The notes: generated from the sequence alone by a model not told the origin. A stretch of 64,000 bases of DNA from an uncultured Acidobacteriota bacterium (GCA_963701315.1 OY969603.1:2896394-2960393); one strand, 5' to 3'. Counted from the first letter of the stretch, positions 18,481 to 28,291 are shown. Numbers and translations: made by a program.

Positions 18481-19287
18481 CTACGCGGCCTTCGCCCCGG
18501 CGTATACCGCCCACGGCGTTCGGTAGCCGAGGGACTGGTGAGGCCGGCGGTCGTTGTAGAACTGAAAGTACCGGGCCAGCTGCCGACGCGCCTCGGGCAC
18601 CGTGCCGTAGTCCTTCAGATAGATCTCTTCGTACTTCACGGAGCGCCAGAGGCGTTCGACGAACACGTTGTCCAGCGCCCGCCCGCGGCCGTCCATGCTC
18701 ACCCGCGCCCCGGCGGCTTCCACGCGGTCCGTGAACGCCGTCGCCGTGAACTGGGCGCCCTGGTCCGTGTTGACGATCTCGGGGCGGCTTCGGCCCAGGG
18801 CAGCCTCGAGCGCGTCGACGCAGAACTGGCCATCGACGGTCACCGACAGCTCCCACGCCAAGACGTCGCGGCTGAACCAGTCCAGGATCGCGACGAGGAA
18901 CACGAAACCGTGGCGCAAGCGCACATCCGTGATGTCGGTGCTCCACACCTGGTCGACCCGCGTGATCGGGACGTCGCGCAACAGATACGGATACACCTTG
19001 TGCCCCGGATGCGGTTCACTCAGGCGCGGTGTCGGGCCGACCGCCTCCAACCCCATTTCCCGCATCAGGCGCTGGACGTGCTTCCGATTCACGGCGTGCC
19101 CCACGCGATCCTGCAAGGCCACCTGCATCCGCCGCGAGCCGTAAAACGGCGTCGCGGTGTACTGCTCGTCGAGCAGGCGCATCACGTCCAGGTCCGCCTC
19201 GCTGACCACCGCCGGCCGGTAATAGAACGAGGACCGCGGCAGCTCCAACAGGGCACACTGCTGCGCGACGCTCAGCCTCGGGTGCAT
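18481..19287 (-). CDS. IS3-family transposase OrfB (DDE/rve integrase core)
   Basis: ...VWSTDITDVRLRHGFVFLVAILDWFSRDVLAWE...NTDQGAQFT...DNVFVERLWRSVKYEEIYL carries the D, D and E motifs. Its frame is open upstream to 19338, overlapping orfA. Confidence 0.9.
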   Translation of the reverse strand: MHPRLSVAQQCALLELPRSSFYYRPAVVSEADLDVMRLLDEQYTATPFYGSRRMQVALQDRVGHAVNRKHVQRLMREMGLEAVGPTPRLSEPHPGHKVYPYLLRDVPITRVDQVWSTDITDVRLRHGFVFLVAILDWFSRDVLAWELSVTVDGQFCVDALEAALGRSRPEIVNTDQGAQFTATAFTDRVEAAGARVSMDGRGRALDNVFVERLWRSVKYEEIYLKDYGTVPEARRQLARYFQFYNDRRPHQSLGYRTPWAVYAGAKAA

Positions 19288-19309
19288 CGGGTCGACGACG
19301 GCGCGTCGG

Positions 19310-19600
19310 TCAGCGGTCGACCAGGTCGTGTTTTTTCTTCAACCAGTCCAGCTCCATCTTGAGCTGGCCAATTTCCTGACAGAGCGCCGCCTTGAGCGTC
19401 TCGTGGTCGTCGACCTCCGTGTCGCGGCGGGTGGCGAAGACCTCGGGCAGGGCCGCCACCGCCTGCTTCTTCCACTTGGCGACCTGAATCGGATGCACCT
19501 CGAAGGCCGACGCCAACTCGCTCAACGTCCGGTCGCCGCGCAACGCCGCCACGGCCACTTTCGCCTTGAACTCCGCACTCTGCAATCGTCGTTTGGCCAT
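19310..19600 (-). CDS. IS3-family transposase OrfA (HTH)
   Basis: MAKRRLQSAEFKAKVAVAALRGDRTLSELASAFEVHPIQVAKWKKQ... is the classic IS3/IS911 OrfA. An A6 run lies near its 3' end (plus-strand T6 at 19331-19336). Confidence 0.9.
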   Translation of the reverse strand: MAKRRLQSAEFKAKVAVAALRGDRTLSELASAFEVHPIQVAKWKKQAVAALPEVFATRRDTEVDDHETLKAALCQEIGQLKMELDWLKKKHDLVDR

Positions 19601-20138
19601 CGTCGAACTCCCTCTCGCGGGGCCGACGATCTTAACTTACGCGGCTGTCCAGTTTTCGGGGTCCACTATAATTCGCGCAAAGCGTCATCGATCATCACGA
19701 GCCCGCCTCGGGACAGACTCCGCGCGGTGAGCGGCCGAAATGGCGTGCACGACAAGCTCGACATACGAGACGACAGGCCCCGGAGTGGCGAACGCGGCAC
19801 GTCGAGGGTGAACGCGCGCGAGATGCGCCGGGCGGCCATCGTGTACCGCCGAAGTTCCCGCCCGGCGACGCCTCGCGGTACCTCGATCAGCGGTGAACGG
19901 CCTTGCAGCCGTAGGCGCGGATTCACGCAGGGCTGGCAGCCGATGTTCCGATCGTCCAGTCTGCAGGCGGGGCCCGTCCCGGACTCGGCTACTACAGTCG
20001 CGTCCTTCCTCCCAAGACGCACTTCACCGAACGGATACTTCCAAGTAAGATGGCTTCTCTGGTTCAGTGCTCAGGTTCGCAACCCGCTTTGAGGGCTGAC
20101 CCACTTCAGTCAAATAGACACCAACACGAAGAGCCACC

Positions 20139-22910
20139 ATGAAACCGGCCCCAACTCAAACTGCCCCCCCCTCAACCCAACGCCAAAAAGCAGTCATCGG
20201 GGCTTCTCTGATTTTGGCCGGGTTACTCCTTTGTCGTTCCCTTGCTGCACCCGCCGCCTCTCCCGTTGCAACGGACTCCCATTCGCGAGCAATCGCCGAT
20301 TTCGGCGCCTATTACAGCAGTTTGAACACGGGAGCGGACTGGGAAGCCTACTCGCGAACCGGCCCGTTTGCCGACATCGTCGTGCGGCTTCCCGACGTCG
20401 GGGGGCAACTGGTCTTTTGGCGGGGTAACAGTTACTTGCCTTATTGGAAGACCGGTCAGGGCCAGTGGAACCTGACCGAAATCGTCTCGCGCAGGGGCGA
20501 TGGCACCCAGTCCATGCCGGACCGCGTCAATGCCTATTCCCATGCTGAGATCATCGAGAGCACACCGAGCGTGGTGAGGGTCCACTGGCGTTATTGCCCC
20601 ACTTTCACCGGCGACAATCCAAACGGTGGGGTGAGCCCGGATGACTTTGTCGAAGAATTGTTCACCATCACCCCCGGCGGGCGGGTGCAACGGGAAGTCC
20701 GGCAAGGAACCGAGCGATTTGATGACTGGATGGATCCGTTGAACCGGACCCGGCAAGTGCTGCAGTTGGGCGAACACGGTGTAGTCCAAGTCAGCCTTGA
20801 AGGTTCGAAACATTCTGTTGTGACCAAGGCAGTCAAAGGTGCGCCCGTCAAGAAGGCCGGCCCGGTCGCGCCGGTCTTCTGGTTCACATTTGACGAGGGC
20901 CAGGGCGATGAAGCCCAGGAAGCAATCACCAAGTCATGGGCACCGGTTGCGGGTCAGAAGACATTTTGGAAGCGAGGCGTGTCTGGCACGGCGCTGGAGT
21001 TCGACGGCTATAACACCGCTGTCGCGGTTCCAGCCGCCAAGGCGCCGGCGCTTTCCGGGGGCAGTCTGACGCTGGAGGGCTGGTTTGCGCTGGGCGCTTA
21101 TCCATGGAACTGGGCGCCCATTGTGCAACAAGGCGACAATGACGGTTATTTCCTCGGCGTGGACAGCCATGGCTATCCTGGGTTTATGGTGAAGGTTGAC
21201 GGCGTCTGGCAAGAGCTCGGCGTCTCCAACCAACCTCCTTATACCGATGCCAACCATCTGGCGTTGTTCCGGTGGTACCACGCGGTGGGCACCTACAACA
21301 AAGGCGATGGCATGATGCGGCTATACATCGACGGAAGGGAGATCGCCTCCAGGTCAATTGGGAGAGGCGGGCTGCAGACGGTCCTGGCCGATGTCAAGGT
21401 CGGGAAGGCCGGCGTGCGGAGAGTGCCGACCGAAGCCATCCATGACACGCATCCCAGTGAATTCGGCATTGATGGGTTGATTGATGAAGTGAAGATCTAC
21501 AACGTGGCGTTGACCGGCAGTGAGGTTTCACAATCCTACGCCAATGACAACCCGGGACCCGCGTTCATCTCGGCGCCCGACATGCAGCGGCGCCATTTTC
21601 CCGTTCCCGCAACTGCCGGGAAGTTCGGGGCGGTGTACACGCATTTGCCGTATTACGAGACCTGGGATGATCTCTGGCGGTTTGGCGACTACGCGGATGT
21701 CGTGGTTGGATTCGATGGGTCGCCGGCACACTTTGTCTTCTGGCGGGGCGTCAGTTATGTTCCCATGATGGTGAACGAAGCCAACCAATGGTTCACTGAG
21801 GAATTCAATGAGACCGGCTGGACCACCACTGCGCCGGGAGACAATGAGCCGATGTCGGACAAGGCCTGCTGGGACTCTCATGTCAGAGTCATTGAAAACA
21901 ACGGCGCGCGGGTGGTCGTCCACTGGCGCTACCGTTTGGAAAACCCCGACCATCACTGGGCAAACTATGACGCCAACGGCTGGGGTGACATCGCTGACTG
22001 GTATTACTACATCTATCCCGACGGGGTGGCGGCCAAGATCATGCGCTGCTATTCCTCAGCGCCGGAGGCCTGGCATGAGTGGGACGAGCAGATCACCGTT
22101 TTGAGCGAGGGACAGCACCCCGAAAGCGTGCTTGGAAAATCCCCCGTAATGACGTTGGTGGACCTCTCCGGCAAAGCCACGAATTACGATTGGAACCCGA
22201 ATCCGCCCAAACCCCAATACCAGGGACAGGTGATTCAGAAGATATGGCTCACGGGACAGTATGATCCCTTCGCCATTCAGAATTTCGACGACGGCGATGT
22301 CATTCTGACCGAACGCACTTGGTATTCGGTGTTTCCCACCTGGAACCATTGGCCGACCGCGCAGGTAAATTCGTCCGGTCGGAACGCAAGTTTTCCGGAC
22401 CGGGCGGCGCATTGTTCCACTTCCCATTTCTTCCTGCCGCTGAGTTCGGAGCAGCGGGGAAAAGTCCCCTTTCAGGAGAAGATCTTAATGGAAGGCATGA
22501 CCAGCCAGCCGGCCGCCTCGCTGGCCGGTCTGGCCCGGTCATGGTTAAGCGCCCCGCCGGTCACCCAGGTATCCGGCGGAACCAGTCAGGGTTACCATCA
22601 GTCCCGCCGGGCCTACGCCTTCAGTTGGGCGCAGACGCCGCCGCTGCGCTTTCAAATCGCCGCCGACGCCTTCCATCCCATCCACCACTTGTGCTTCGAG
22701 GTCAAGAACTGGCCAGGGCGCATGGCCAAGGCACAGTTGGAAATCAACCACGTTACCCAGGCGGCCGGGCCGGACTTCCGGCAGGGCGTCAATCTTGACA
22801 GCGATGGAACCTATACCTTGATCGTCTGGGTTGGCCTGTCCGCCACCACCTCGCAGGAGTTCGTGATCGCCGCGACCCCGCGCAGCGTCATCTCTCCGTC
22901 GGTAAGATGA
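20139..22910 (+). CDS. large secreted LamG/concanavalin-like domain protein with duplicated flanking domain of unknown function
   Basis: Signal or anchor segment AVIGASLILAGLLLC. The central LamG signature is LTLEGWF...WYHAVGTYNKGDGMMRLYIDG...IDEVKIYNVALTGSEV. Composition is visibly AT-richer than the surroundings. Confidence 0.8.
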   Translation: MKPAPTQTAPPSTQRQKAVIGASLILAGLLLCRSLAAPAASPVATDSHSRAIADFGAYYSSLNTGADWEAYSRTGPFADIVVRLPDVGGQLVFWRGNSYLPYWKTGQGQWNLTEIVSRRGDGTQSMPDRVNAYSHAEIIESTPSVVRVHWRYCPTFTGDNPNGGVSPDDFVEELFTITPGGRVQREVRQGTERFDDWMDPLNRTRQVLQLGEHGVVQVSLEGSKHSVVTKAVKGAPVKKAGPVAPVFWFTFDEGQGDEAQEAITKSWAPVAGQKTFWKRGVSGTALEFDGYNTAVAVPAAKAPALSGGSLTLEGWFALGAYPWNWAPIVQQGDNDGYFLGVDSHGYPGFMVKVDGVWQELGVSNQPPYTDANHLALFRWYHAVGTYNKGDGMMRLYIDGREIASRSIGRGGLQTVLADVKVGKAGVRRVPTEAIHDTHPSEFGIDGLIDEVKIYNVALTGSEVSQSYANDNPGPAFISAPDMQRRHFPVPATAGKFGAVYTHLPYYETWDDLWRFGDYADVVVGFDGSPAHFVFWRGVSYVPMMVNEANQWFTEEFNETGWTTTAPGDNEPMSDKACWDSHVRVIENNGARVVVHWRYRLENPDHHWANYDANGWGDIADWYYYIYPDGVAAKIMRCYSSAPEAWHEWDEQITVLSEGQHPESVLGKSPVMTLVDLSGKATNYDWNPNPPKPQYQGQVIQKIWLTGQYDPFAIQNFDDGDVILTERTWYSVFPTWNHWPTAQVNSSGRNASFPDRAAHCSTSHFFLPLSSEQRGKVPFQEKILMEGMTSQPAASLAGLARSWLSAPPVTQVSGGTSQGYHQSRRAYAFSWAQTPPLRFQIAADAFHPIHHLCFEVKNWPGRMAKAQLEINHVTQAAGPDFRQGVNLDSDGTYTLIVWVGLSATTSQEFVIAATPRSVISPSVR

Positions 22911-23360
22911 TTCTGGGCCCGGCCGAGAGACCCGATCACGCCTCGACGAACGCGACACGATGTGTGCCCGCATGGCCCCACGCCACGGCCCGGCTGGATC
23001 GCCATCAGCGGCGAAGATCACTCGGACCCACCGACTATTTTAGTCGCGTTCGCCATCAGTATCAGTGGCCTGCGGCCGACGGTCTGACCCCGACCCGATA
23101 ACAGCGCGCCGCTTCGGTGGTCGATCTCGCCGATCATCGTCATCCTAGGGCGTTCGACGAGGGGCAGCACGTCCGTAGGAGGGTGCCACTCCTCTCCCCC
23201 CGCGGCGGGCAGGCCAAGTCCGGGACTCCCGGAATGCTGTGGAGTTCTGAGGTCCGTTGATTCGGGATCTGCTTAACGTGCCGGGGCCGACGCCAGGACC
23301 AGCTGTCGCAGGACCTTGCCTCCCGCGTCATGGGTGGTCTCACATGGTCACGTCGTGCAA

Positions 23361-24047
23361 TCAACGGCTGGTCGTCTCCGACTTCCGGAGTTCGACGGCG
23401 TACTGCCAGAGGAGGTGCCCCGAGTAATCCACGTGCTGTCGAACAACCTGCTCGGCACGATCGCCGTCGCGAGCGCCGATGGCATCGACTAAGGCGCGAT
23501 GCTCCTGCTGCGAGCGCGGAAGGTACGACGGGAGAAAGCGAACTGTTCGAAGCCGGCAGGTCTTCCCGAGCAACCCCATGGCCATCGAACGCAGCGACGA
23601 ATATGGGCAGGCGCGGAAGGTCGCCGCGTGAAACTGGTAGTTGAGTTCCGGATAGCCCAGCTCATCGGCTGCTGCGGCGGCATCCATGCGGTCAAGGAGT
23701 TCTCGGAGCTCGGTGAGGGCATCGGACCCAATATGGATGGCCGAGATCCGGACCGCCACTCCCTCCACGGCTGCCCGGATGATGGACGTCTCAAGGATCT
23801 CTTCGGGAGACAGGTCGGGAACGACCGCGCCTATGTGAGCCCTTGCCTGAAGCCAGCCCTCGCCGATGAGGCGGTCAACTGCGCCGCGCACGGGAAGCTT
23901 GCTGACGCCAAGTTGACTGGCGACCTGGTCAACGACGATGCGGGTGCCAGGTCCGTACCGACCGGCGAGAATCTCCTTGCGGAGCACGTCGTAGACCAGG
24001 TCAGTCTTGGTCCGGTAGCCGGCCAACGACCTAGGTGAGAGACCCAT
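23361..24047 (-). CDS. GntR-family transcriptional regulator (FadR/FCD subfamily)
   Basis: GGAGAGGAG RBS. Winged-HTH LVYDVLRKEILAGRYGPGTRIVVDQVASQLGVSKLPVRGAVDRLIGEGWL followed by an all-helical FCD-like domain. Confidence 0.85.
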   Translation of the reverse strand: MGLSPRSLAGYRTKTDLVYDVLRKEILAGRYGPGTRIVVDQVASQLGVSKLPVRGAVDRLIGEGWLQARAHIGAVVPDLSPEEILETSIIRAAVEGVAVRISAIHIGSDALTELRELLDRMDAAAAADELGYPELNYQFHAATFRACPYSSLRSMAMGLLGKTCRLRTVRFLPSYLPRSQQEHRALVDAIGARDGDRAEQVVRQHVDYSGHLLWQYAVELRKSETTSR

Positions 24048-24487
24048 TCGTGAACTCCTCTCCAAGCCAATCGTATCAGATGTCCGAGATCGCGCTGGAC
24101 GAATCGGCCGCCAACGTCGACCGCTGATTCGGTGACCCACTGCGCGGCTTCGGGCGGCGGCGGCGTGTCCGTCGGCCTTCGACGCAACCCCTGCGCTCGC
24201 AGCGTAGTGCCAGGCAGTGCGGCGCGGCGAATCGCCCGCGCGCTATGCGCTGCATGGGCAACATCGAGTGCGGCGTGTCGCGCCCCACCTTCCCGACGGG
24301 TTCGCAACTTGAGGTCCAGAGGCCTTCAACAACAAGGGGGTACGCACAATCTGGGCCCGCACGAGCCGCGGACGCGCGCGCACGACGAGCGTCGACGATA
24401 GGCCTGTGGCGAGCGTGGAGGTGGCGGCGACTCAGGTCTCTTGGTGAGTGCACCGGACCGCGGCGTCCGCCCAGCCTGACCATTGAG

Positions 24488-24579
24488 GAGACGTCCAACC
24501 GCGCGTGGAACGGCCCGTATAGCAGCACCGCCACTTCGCCCCATTCGCCCGAGACGTCCAACCGCGCGTGGAACGGCCC
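24488..24579 (+). repeat. two perfect 29-bp direct repeats separated by a 34-bp spacer (CRISPR-like geometry, only 2 units)
   Basis: GAGACGTCCAACCGCGCGTGGAACGGCCC occurs at 24488-24516 and 24551-24579. No third unit and no cas genes are in the window. Confidence 0.6.
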
Positions 24580-24753
24580 CTCGATTGCGCTTCAGCAGAA
24601 GATGAGCCTCAAGCTTAAACCGAATCCGATATACGACTTGCATTCAGCGCCGGATCGCGTTCACCTCCAGTCTTGCTTAATGAAAACTCATCCATGTGTG
24701 AACGAGGTCGGGGCACCGGACAACGGCCCGGGACAACGGTAGGAAGAACGGGA

Positions 24754-24782
24754 TTGACAGGAAGGCTGGGCCGTTCTATATT
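24754..24782 (+). promoter_or_regulatory. near-consensus sigma-70 promoter (TTGACA-17 nt-TATATT)
   Basis: TTGACA at 24754-24759, a 17-nt spacer, and TATATT at 24777-24782. It points toward the BNR/sortilin gene about 200 nt downstream. Confidence 0.6.
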
Positions 24783-24790
24783 CCACCGCT

Positions 24791-24820
24791 ATCAGATATC
24801 GGATACGATATCCGGATTGT
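24791..24820 (+). promoter_or_regulatory. candidate operator: tandem GATATC(C)GGAT motifs just downstream of the -10
   Basis: GATATCGGAT at 24795-24804 and GATATCCGGAT at 24807-24817. An inverted copy ATCCGATAT lies at 24624-24632. Assignment to the GntR regulator is inference. Confidence 0.4.
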
Positions 24821-24985
24821 GACGCTCCACAATGAGGGGCGGACAGGCTCCGAAGGCTGGAAACGACGCCCGGGCGCGACATGGCGCAGTGCGGAATCGG
24901 GGATCTGGCCGACCTTCAGGGCCAGCCCTTTCAGCCTCGGACGCCGGTCAGGTCGGCGCTGGTCTCTGAGAACTCGAGGCCACCA

Positions 24986-27900
24986 ATGATCTCAAACAGC
25001 GGAATCCGTACGGTGCTTGGCGTCATGTTCGCGATCGGCCTGGTCGCCGCCGTCGGTGGCGGAAGCGCGCCTCAGCCGCCACCCGACCAGGGGATCTCGG
25101 CAACGGTCTTTGGCAACTTGCGCTACCGGCAGATCGGCCCACCCGGAAACCGCGTGTCTGCCGTTGTGGGCGTTCCCGGCGACCCGAACGTCCTCTACGT
25201 TGGGGCGGCCTCCGGCGGCGTCTGGAAATCGGTGGACGCAGGCACTCACTGGCAGCCGATCTTCGACCAGCAGCCGGCGCAGTCGATCGGGGCGATCGCC
25301 ATCGCGCCGTCGCACGCGAACACGGTCTGGGTTGGCACCGGCGAGACTTTCATCCGCAGCAACATCTCGATCGGCAACGGTATCTACAAGTCCACCGACG
25401 GAGGTACGACATGGCGCCATATGGGGCTCGACAAGACCGGTCGGATCGGTCGCATTGTCGTCGACCCCCGCGACGCGAACATCGTCTTCGCGGCAGCTTT
25501 GGGCCACTGCTACGGTCCGCAGCAAGAGCGCGGTGTGTATCGCAGCCGGGACGGCGGCAGAACCTGGGAGCGGGTTCTCTTCGTCGACGAGAACACTGGG
25601 GCCTCTGAGATTGCCATGGATCCGAGAAGTCCGGACGTCCTCTTCGCAGGAATGTGGCAGGTCGACATCAAGACGTGGGGGCGGACCAGCGGAGGACCAG
25701 GCAGCGGCCTCTACGTGTCGCGCGATGGCGGCACGACCTGGACCCGCTTGAACGGCCGAGGCCTGCCCGATCCCCCGCTCGGCAAGGTCGCGGTCGCTAT
25801 TGCCCCGAGCGATAGCTCACGAGTCTACGCCCTGATCGAGACAGGGCAGCGCGGTTCTCTCTGGCGATCCGACAACGGTGGCCTCGTGTGGCGGCTCGTC
25901 AATCCGAGCCGTTTGCTGAACGAGCGCCCGCACTACTACTCGCGGATGGCCGTGTCGCCGATCGACGAGAACGAGCTCTACTTTCTCTCCAATAGCGTAA
26001 GCGTCAGCTATGACGGCGGCGAGACAGCAGAACAGCTGCGCTGGGGCGGCGACGACCACGACATGTGGATCGACTCGACCAACGCCGACCGGATGATGAT
26101 CGGCGACGACGGCGGCGCGTTGATCTCAACGACGCACGGGAAGGAGTGGGCGCGGGTCCTGCTTCCAATCGCCCAGATGTACCACGTGGCCGTCGACAAC
26201 CAGACACCGTACTTCGTCTACGGCAACAGGCAGGACGGCCAGTCGTACCGTGGCCCGAGCAACAGCCTCGACGCCCCCATCACGCCGACGGCGGGGGCGG
26301 CTATCCCACGCGGCAGTCGGCTCAGCTCGAGCGAGTGGATCAACGTGGCAGGCTGCGAGTCGGGTTTCGCGGTGCCGGACCCCGTGGACAACAACATCGT
26401 CTGGGGAAGCTGCTTCAATGGCGGCCTCGACGTCTTCGATCTCCGGACGCGTCACATGCGGTCCGTGCGTGTCTGGCCGCGCTCTGCGCGAGGTGCTGCG
26501 GCCAAGGACATGAGGTACCGCTTCAACTGGACGTTCCCGATCGCCATCTCCCCGCACGATCACAACGTCGTTTACGTCGGCAGCCAGCATGTCCACAAGA
26601 CGACGGACGGCGGCCAGAGCTGGACCGTGATCAGTCCGGACTTGAGCACCAACGATCCGAGCAAGTTGGGCGACTCCGGTGGCCTGACCGTCGACAATCT
26701 CGGCGTCGAGTACGGCGAGGTCGTCTTCGCCATTGCCGAATCGCCGGTCCAGAAGGGACTCATCTGGGCGGGAACCAACGACGGACAGGTACAGGTGACA
26801 CGCGATGGCGGCGGTCACTGGACCAATGTGACGGGCAGCATTCCGGAACTTCCGGCTTGGGGAACGATCAGCAACGTCGAACCGTCGCGCTTCGATGCCG
26901 GCACCGCCTACGTCACGGTCGACCTCCACCAGGAAAACAACCGCGACCCGTACGTCTACAAGACGTCGGACTTCGGGAAGACGTGGAAATCCATCAGCTC
27001 CAACCTGCCGCGTGACGTCTTCAGCTATGCCCACTGTGTTCGTGAGGATCCGGTTCGCAAGGGTCTGCTCTACCTGGGCACCGAGAACGGGCTGTACGTC
27101 TCGCTCGACGATGGTGCCCGCTGGGTGCCGCTGCAGCTCAATTTGCCGCACGCGCCGGTGTACTGGCTGGCGATCCAGGAGCACTTCTCCGATCTCGTCG
27201 TCGCCACATACGGCCGGGGCTTCTGGATCCTCGACGACATCACACCCCTACGCCAGCTCTCGCCAGAGGTGCTGGCCAAAGACACGTACCTGTTTGGTCC
27301 GCGCGCGACGTACCGCTTTCAACGCGTGCGCGAAAAGCAGACCGCTCCGAATGACCAGAGCACCGGCGAGAACCCACCCGATGGGGCGCCCATCGCCTAT
27401 TACTTGAAGTCCGCGCAGCCTGACGGTGTGACGGTGCAGATCGTCGACGCAGCCGGTCAGGTCGTTCGTACGCTGCGCGGTCCGGGCCGGCAGGGAATGA
27501 ACCGGATCTGGTGGGACCTCCGGCACGAAGCGCCGCCGCGACCCAAGCTGCGCGTCCGACCACCTGGGAATCCAACCGTCTGGGACGAGAAGCGCTTCGC
27601 CAGCTACGCGATGCTCGGCTGGCGGCCGCTCGTTGTCCGGGTGATCAACGGCGGGCTCGACGGGCCGCAGGCGGTCCCGGGGACGTACACCGTCCGCCTG
27701 AAGGTGGGCGCAAACGACGTGCGCGAGCCCCTCCTGATCAAGAAGGACACGCACAGCGCCGGCACTGAAGACGACATCCGGATGCAGGTCCGCACGGTGC
27801 TCGACATCCAAGCGGACTTCCGGACGGTTGTGCACGCGATCGATCGGATTGAGTGGCTGCGCAAGCAGGTGCAGGACCTGCGCGAGATGGCCTCCGAGAC

Positions 27901-28237
27901 CCAGCGGCTCGCGCCGGTAGGCGCCGCCGCGAACGCAGTGGACGAGCGGCTGGCCAAGGTCGAGGCCCTCTTCTTCCAGCCGGTTCTCGCCGAAGCGGAC
28001 GACAAGTCGTTCCGCGCCCTGCCGAAGTTGTTTACCAACTTCGCTGAACTCGCCGGGGACGTGATGTCGGCAGACTTCAAGCCCACGAACCAGCAGCTCC
28101 AGGTACACCAGGAGCTCAAGGGCGAATTGTCGGCCGCCGAGAACCAGCTGAAGCAGGCACTCGAGCGTGACCTTCCGGCGTTCAACAAGGTGCTCGCTGA
28201 GCATGGATTGGCCGGCATCAACTCGGTCGCGCAATAG
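24986..28237 (+). CDS. secreted BNR/Asp-box repeat, sortilin/VPS10-like beta-propeller protein
   Basis: Signal peptide MISNSGIRTVLGVMFAIGLVAAVGG. Repeated S-x-D-x-G-x-T-W boxes (SVDAGTHW, STDGGTTW, SRDGGRTW, SRDGGTTW, TTDGGQSW, TRDGGGHW, TSDFGKTW). About 1080 aa. An in-frame ATG at 24881 is less likely. Confidence 0.85.
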   Translation: MISNSGIRTVLGVMFAIGLVAAVGGGSAPQPPPDQGISATVFGNLRYRQIGPPGNRVSAVVGVPGDPNVLYVGAASGGVWKSVDAGTHWQPIFDQQPAQSIGAIAIAPSHANTVWVGTGETFIRSNISIGNGIYKSTDGGTTWRHMGLDKTGRIGRIVVDPRDANIVFAAALGHCYGPQQERGVYRSRDGGRTWERVLFVDENTGASEIAMDPRSPDVLFAGMWQVDIKTWGRTSGGPGSGLYVSRDGGTTWTRLNGRGLPDPPLGKVAVAIAPSDSSRVYALIETGQRGSLWRSDNGGLVWRLVNPSRLLNERPHYYSRMAVSPIDENELYFLSNSVSVSYDGGETAEQLRWGGDDHDMWIDSTNADRMMIGDDGGALISTTHGKEWARVLLPIAQMYHVAVDNQTPYFVYGNRQDGQSYRGPSNSLDAPITPTAGAAIPRGSRLSSSEWINVAGCESGFAVPDPVDNNIVWGSCFNGGLDVFDLRTRHMRSVRVWPRSARGAAAKDMRYRFNWTFPIAISPHDHNVVYVGSQHVHKTTDGGQSWTVISPDLSTNDPSKLGDSGGLTVDNLGVEYGEVVFAIAESPVQKGLIWAGTNDGQVQVTRDGGGHWTNVTGSIPELPAWGTISNVEPSRFDAGTAYVTVDLHQENNRDPYVYKTSDFGKTWKSISSNLPRDVFSYAHCVREDPVRKGLLYLGTENGLYVSLDDGARWVPLQLNLPHAPVYWLAIQEHFSDLVVATYGRGFWILDDITPLRQLSPEVLAKDTYLFGPRATYRFQRVREKQTAPNDQSTGENPPDGAPIAYYLKSAQPDGVTVQIVDAAGQVVRTLRGPGRQGMNRIWWDLRHEAPPRPKLRVRPPGNPTVWDEKRFASYAMLGWRPLVVRVINGGLDGPQAVPGTYTVRLKVGANDVREPLLIKKDTHSAGTEDDIRMQVRTVLDIQADFRTVVHAIDRIEWLRKQVQDLREMASETQRLAPVGAAANAVDERLAKVEALFFQPVLAEADDKSFRALPKLFTNFAELAGDVMSADFKPTNQQLQVHQELKGELSAAENQLKQALERDLPAFNKVLAEHGLAGINSVAQ

Positions 28238-28291
28238 GGACGCACAGCACTCATGCAGGCGGGCGCCCAGGAACACACCGGGAGGTGAACC

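Larger units (their letters stand above)
18408..19640 (-). mobile_element. IS3-family insertion sequence (about 1.23 kb)
   Basis: Terminal inverted repeats TGAAGTTAAGATC (18408-18420) and GATCTTAACTTAC (19628-19640), 12 of 13 matching. It carries orfA and orfB. No clear target duplication was seen. Confidence 0.85.

Noticed and set aside
24488-24579. Calling the 29-bp repeat pair a CRISPR array
   Set aside because: There are only two repeats, no cas genes and no leader-like AT-rich region, and the location is inside a regulatory intergenic region. It is kept as a generic repeat.
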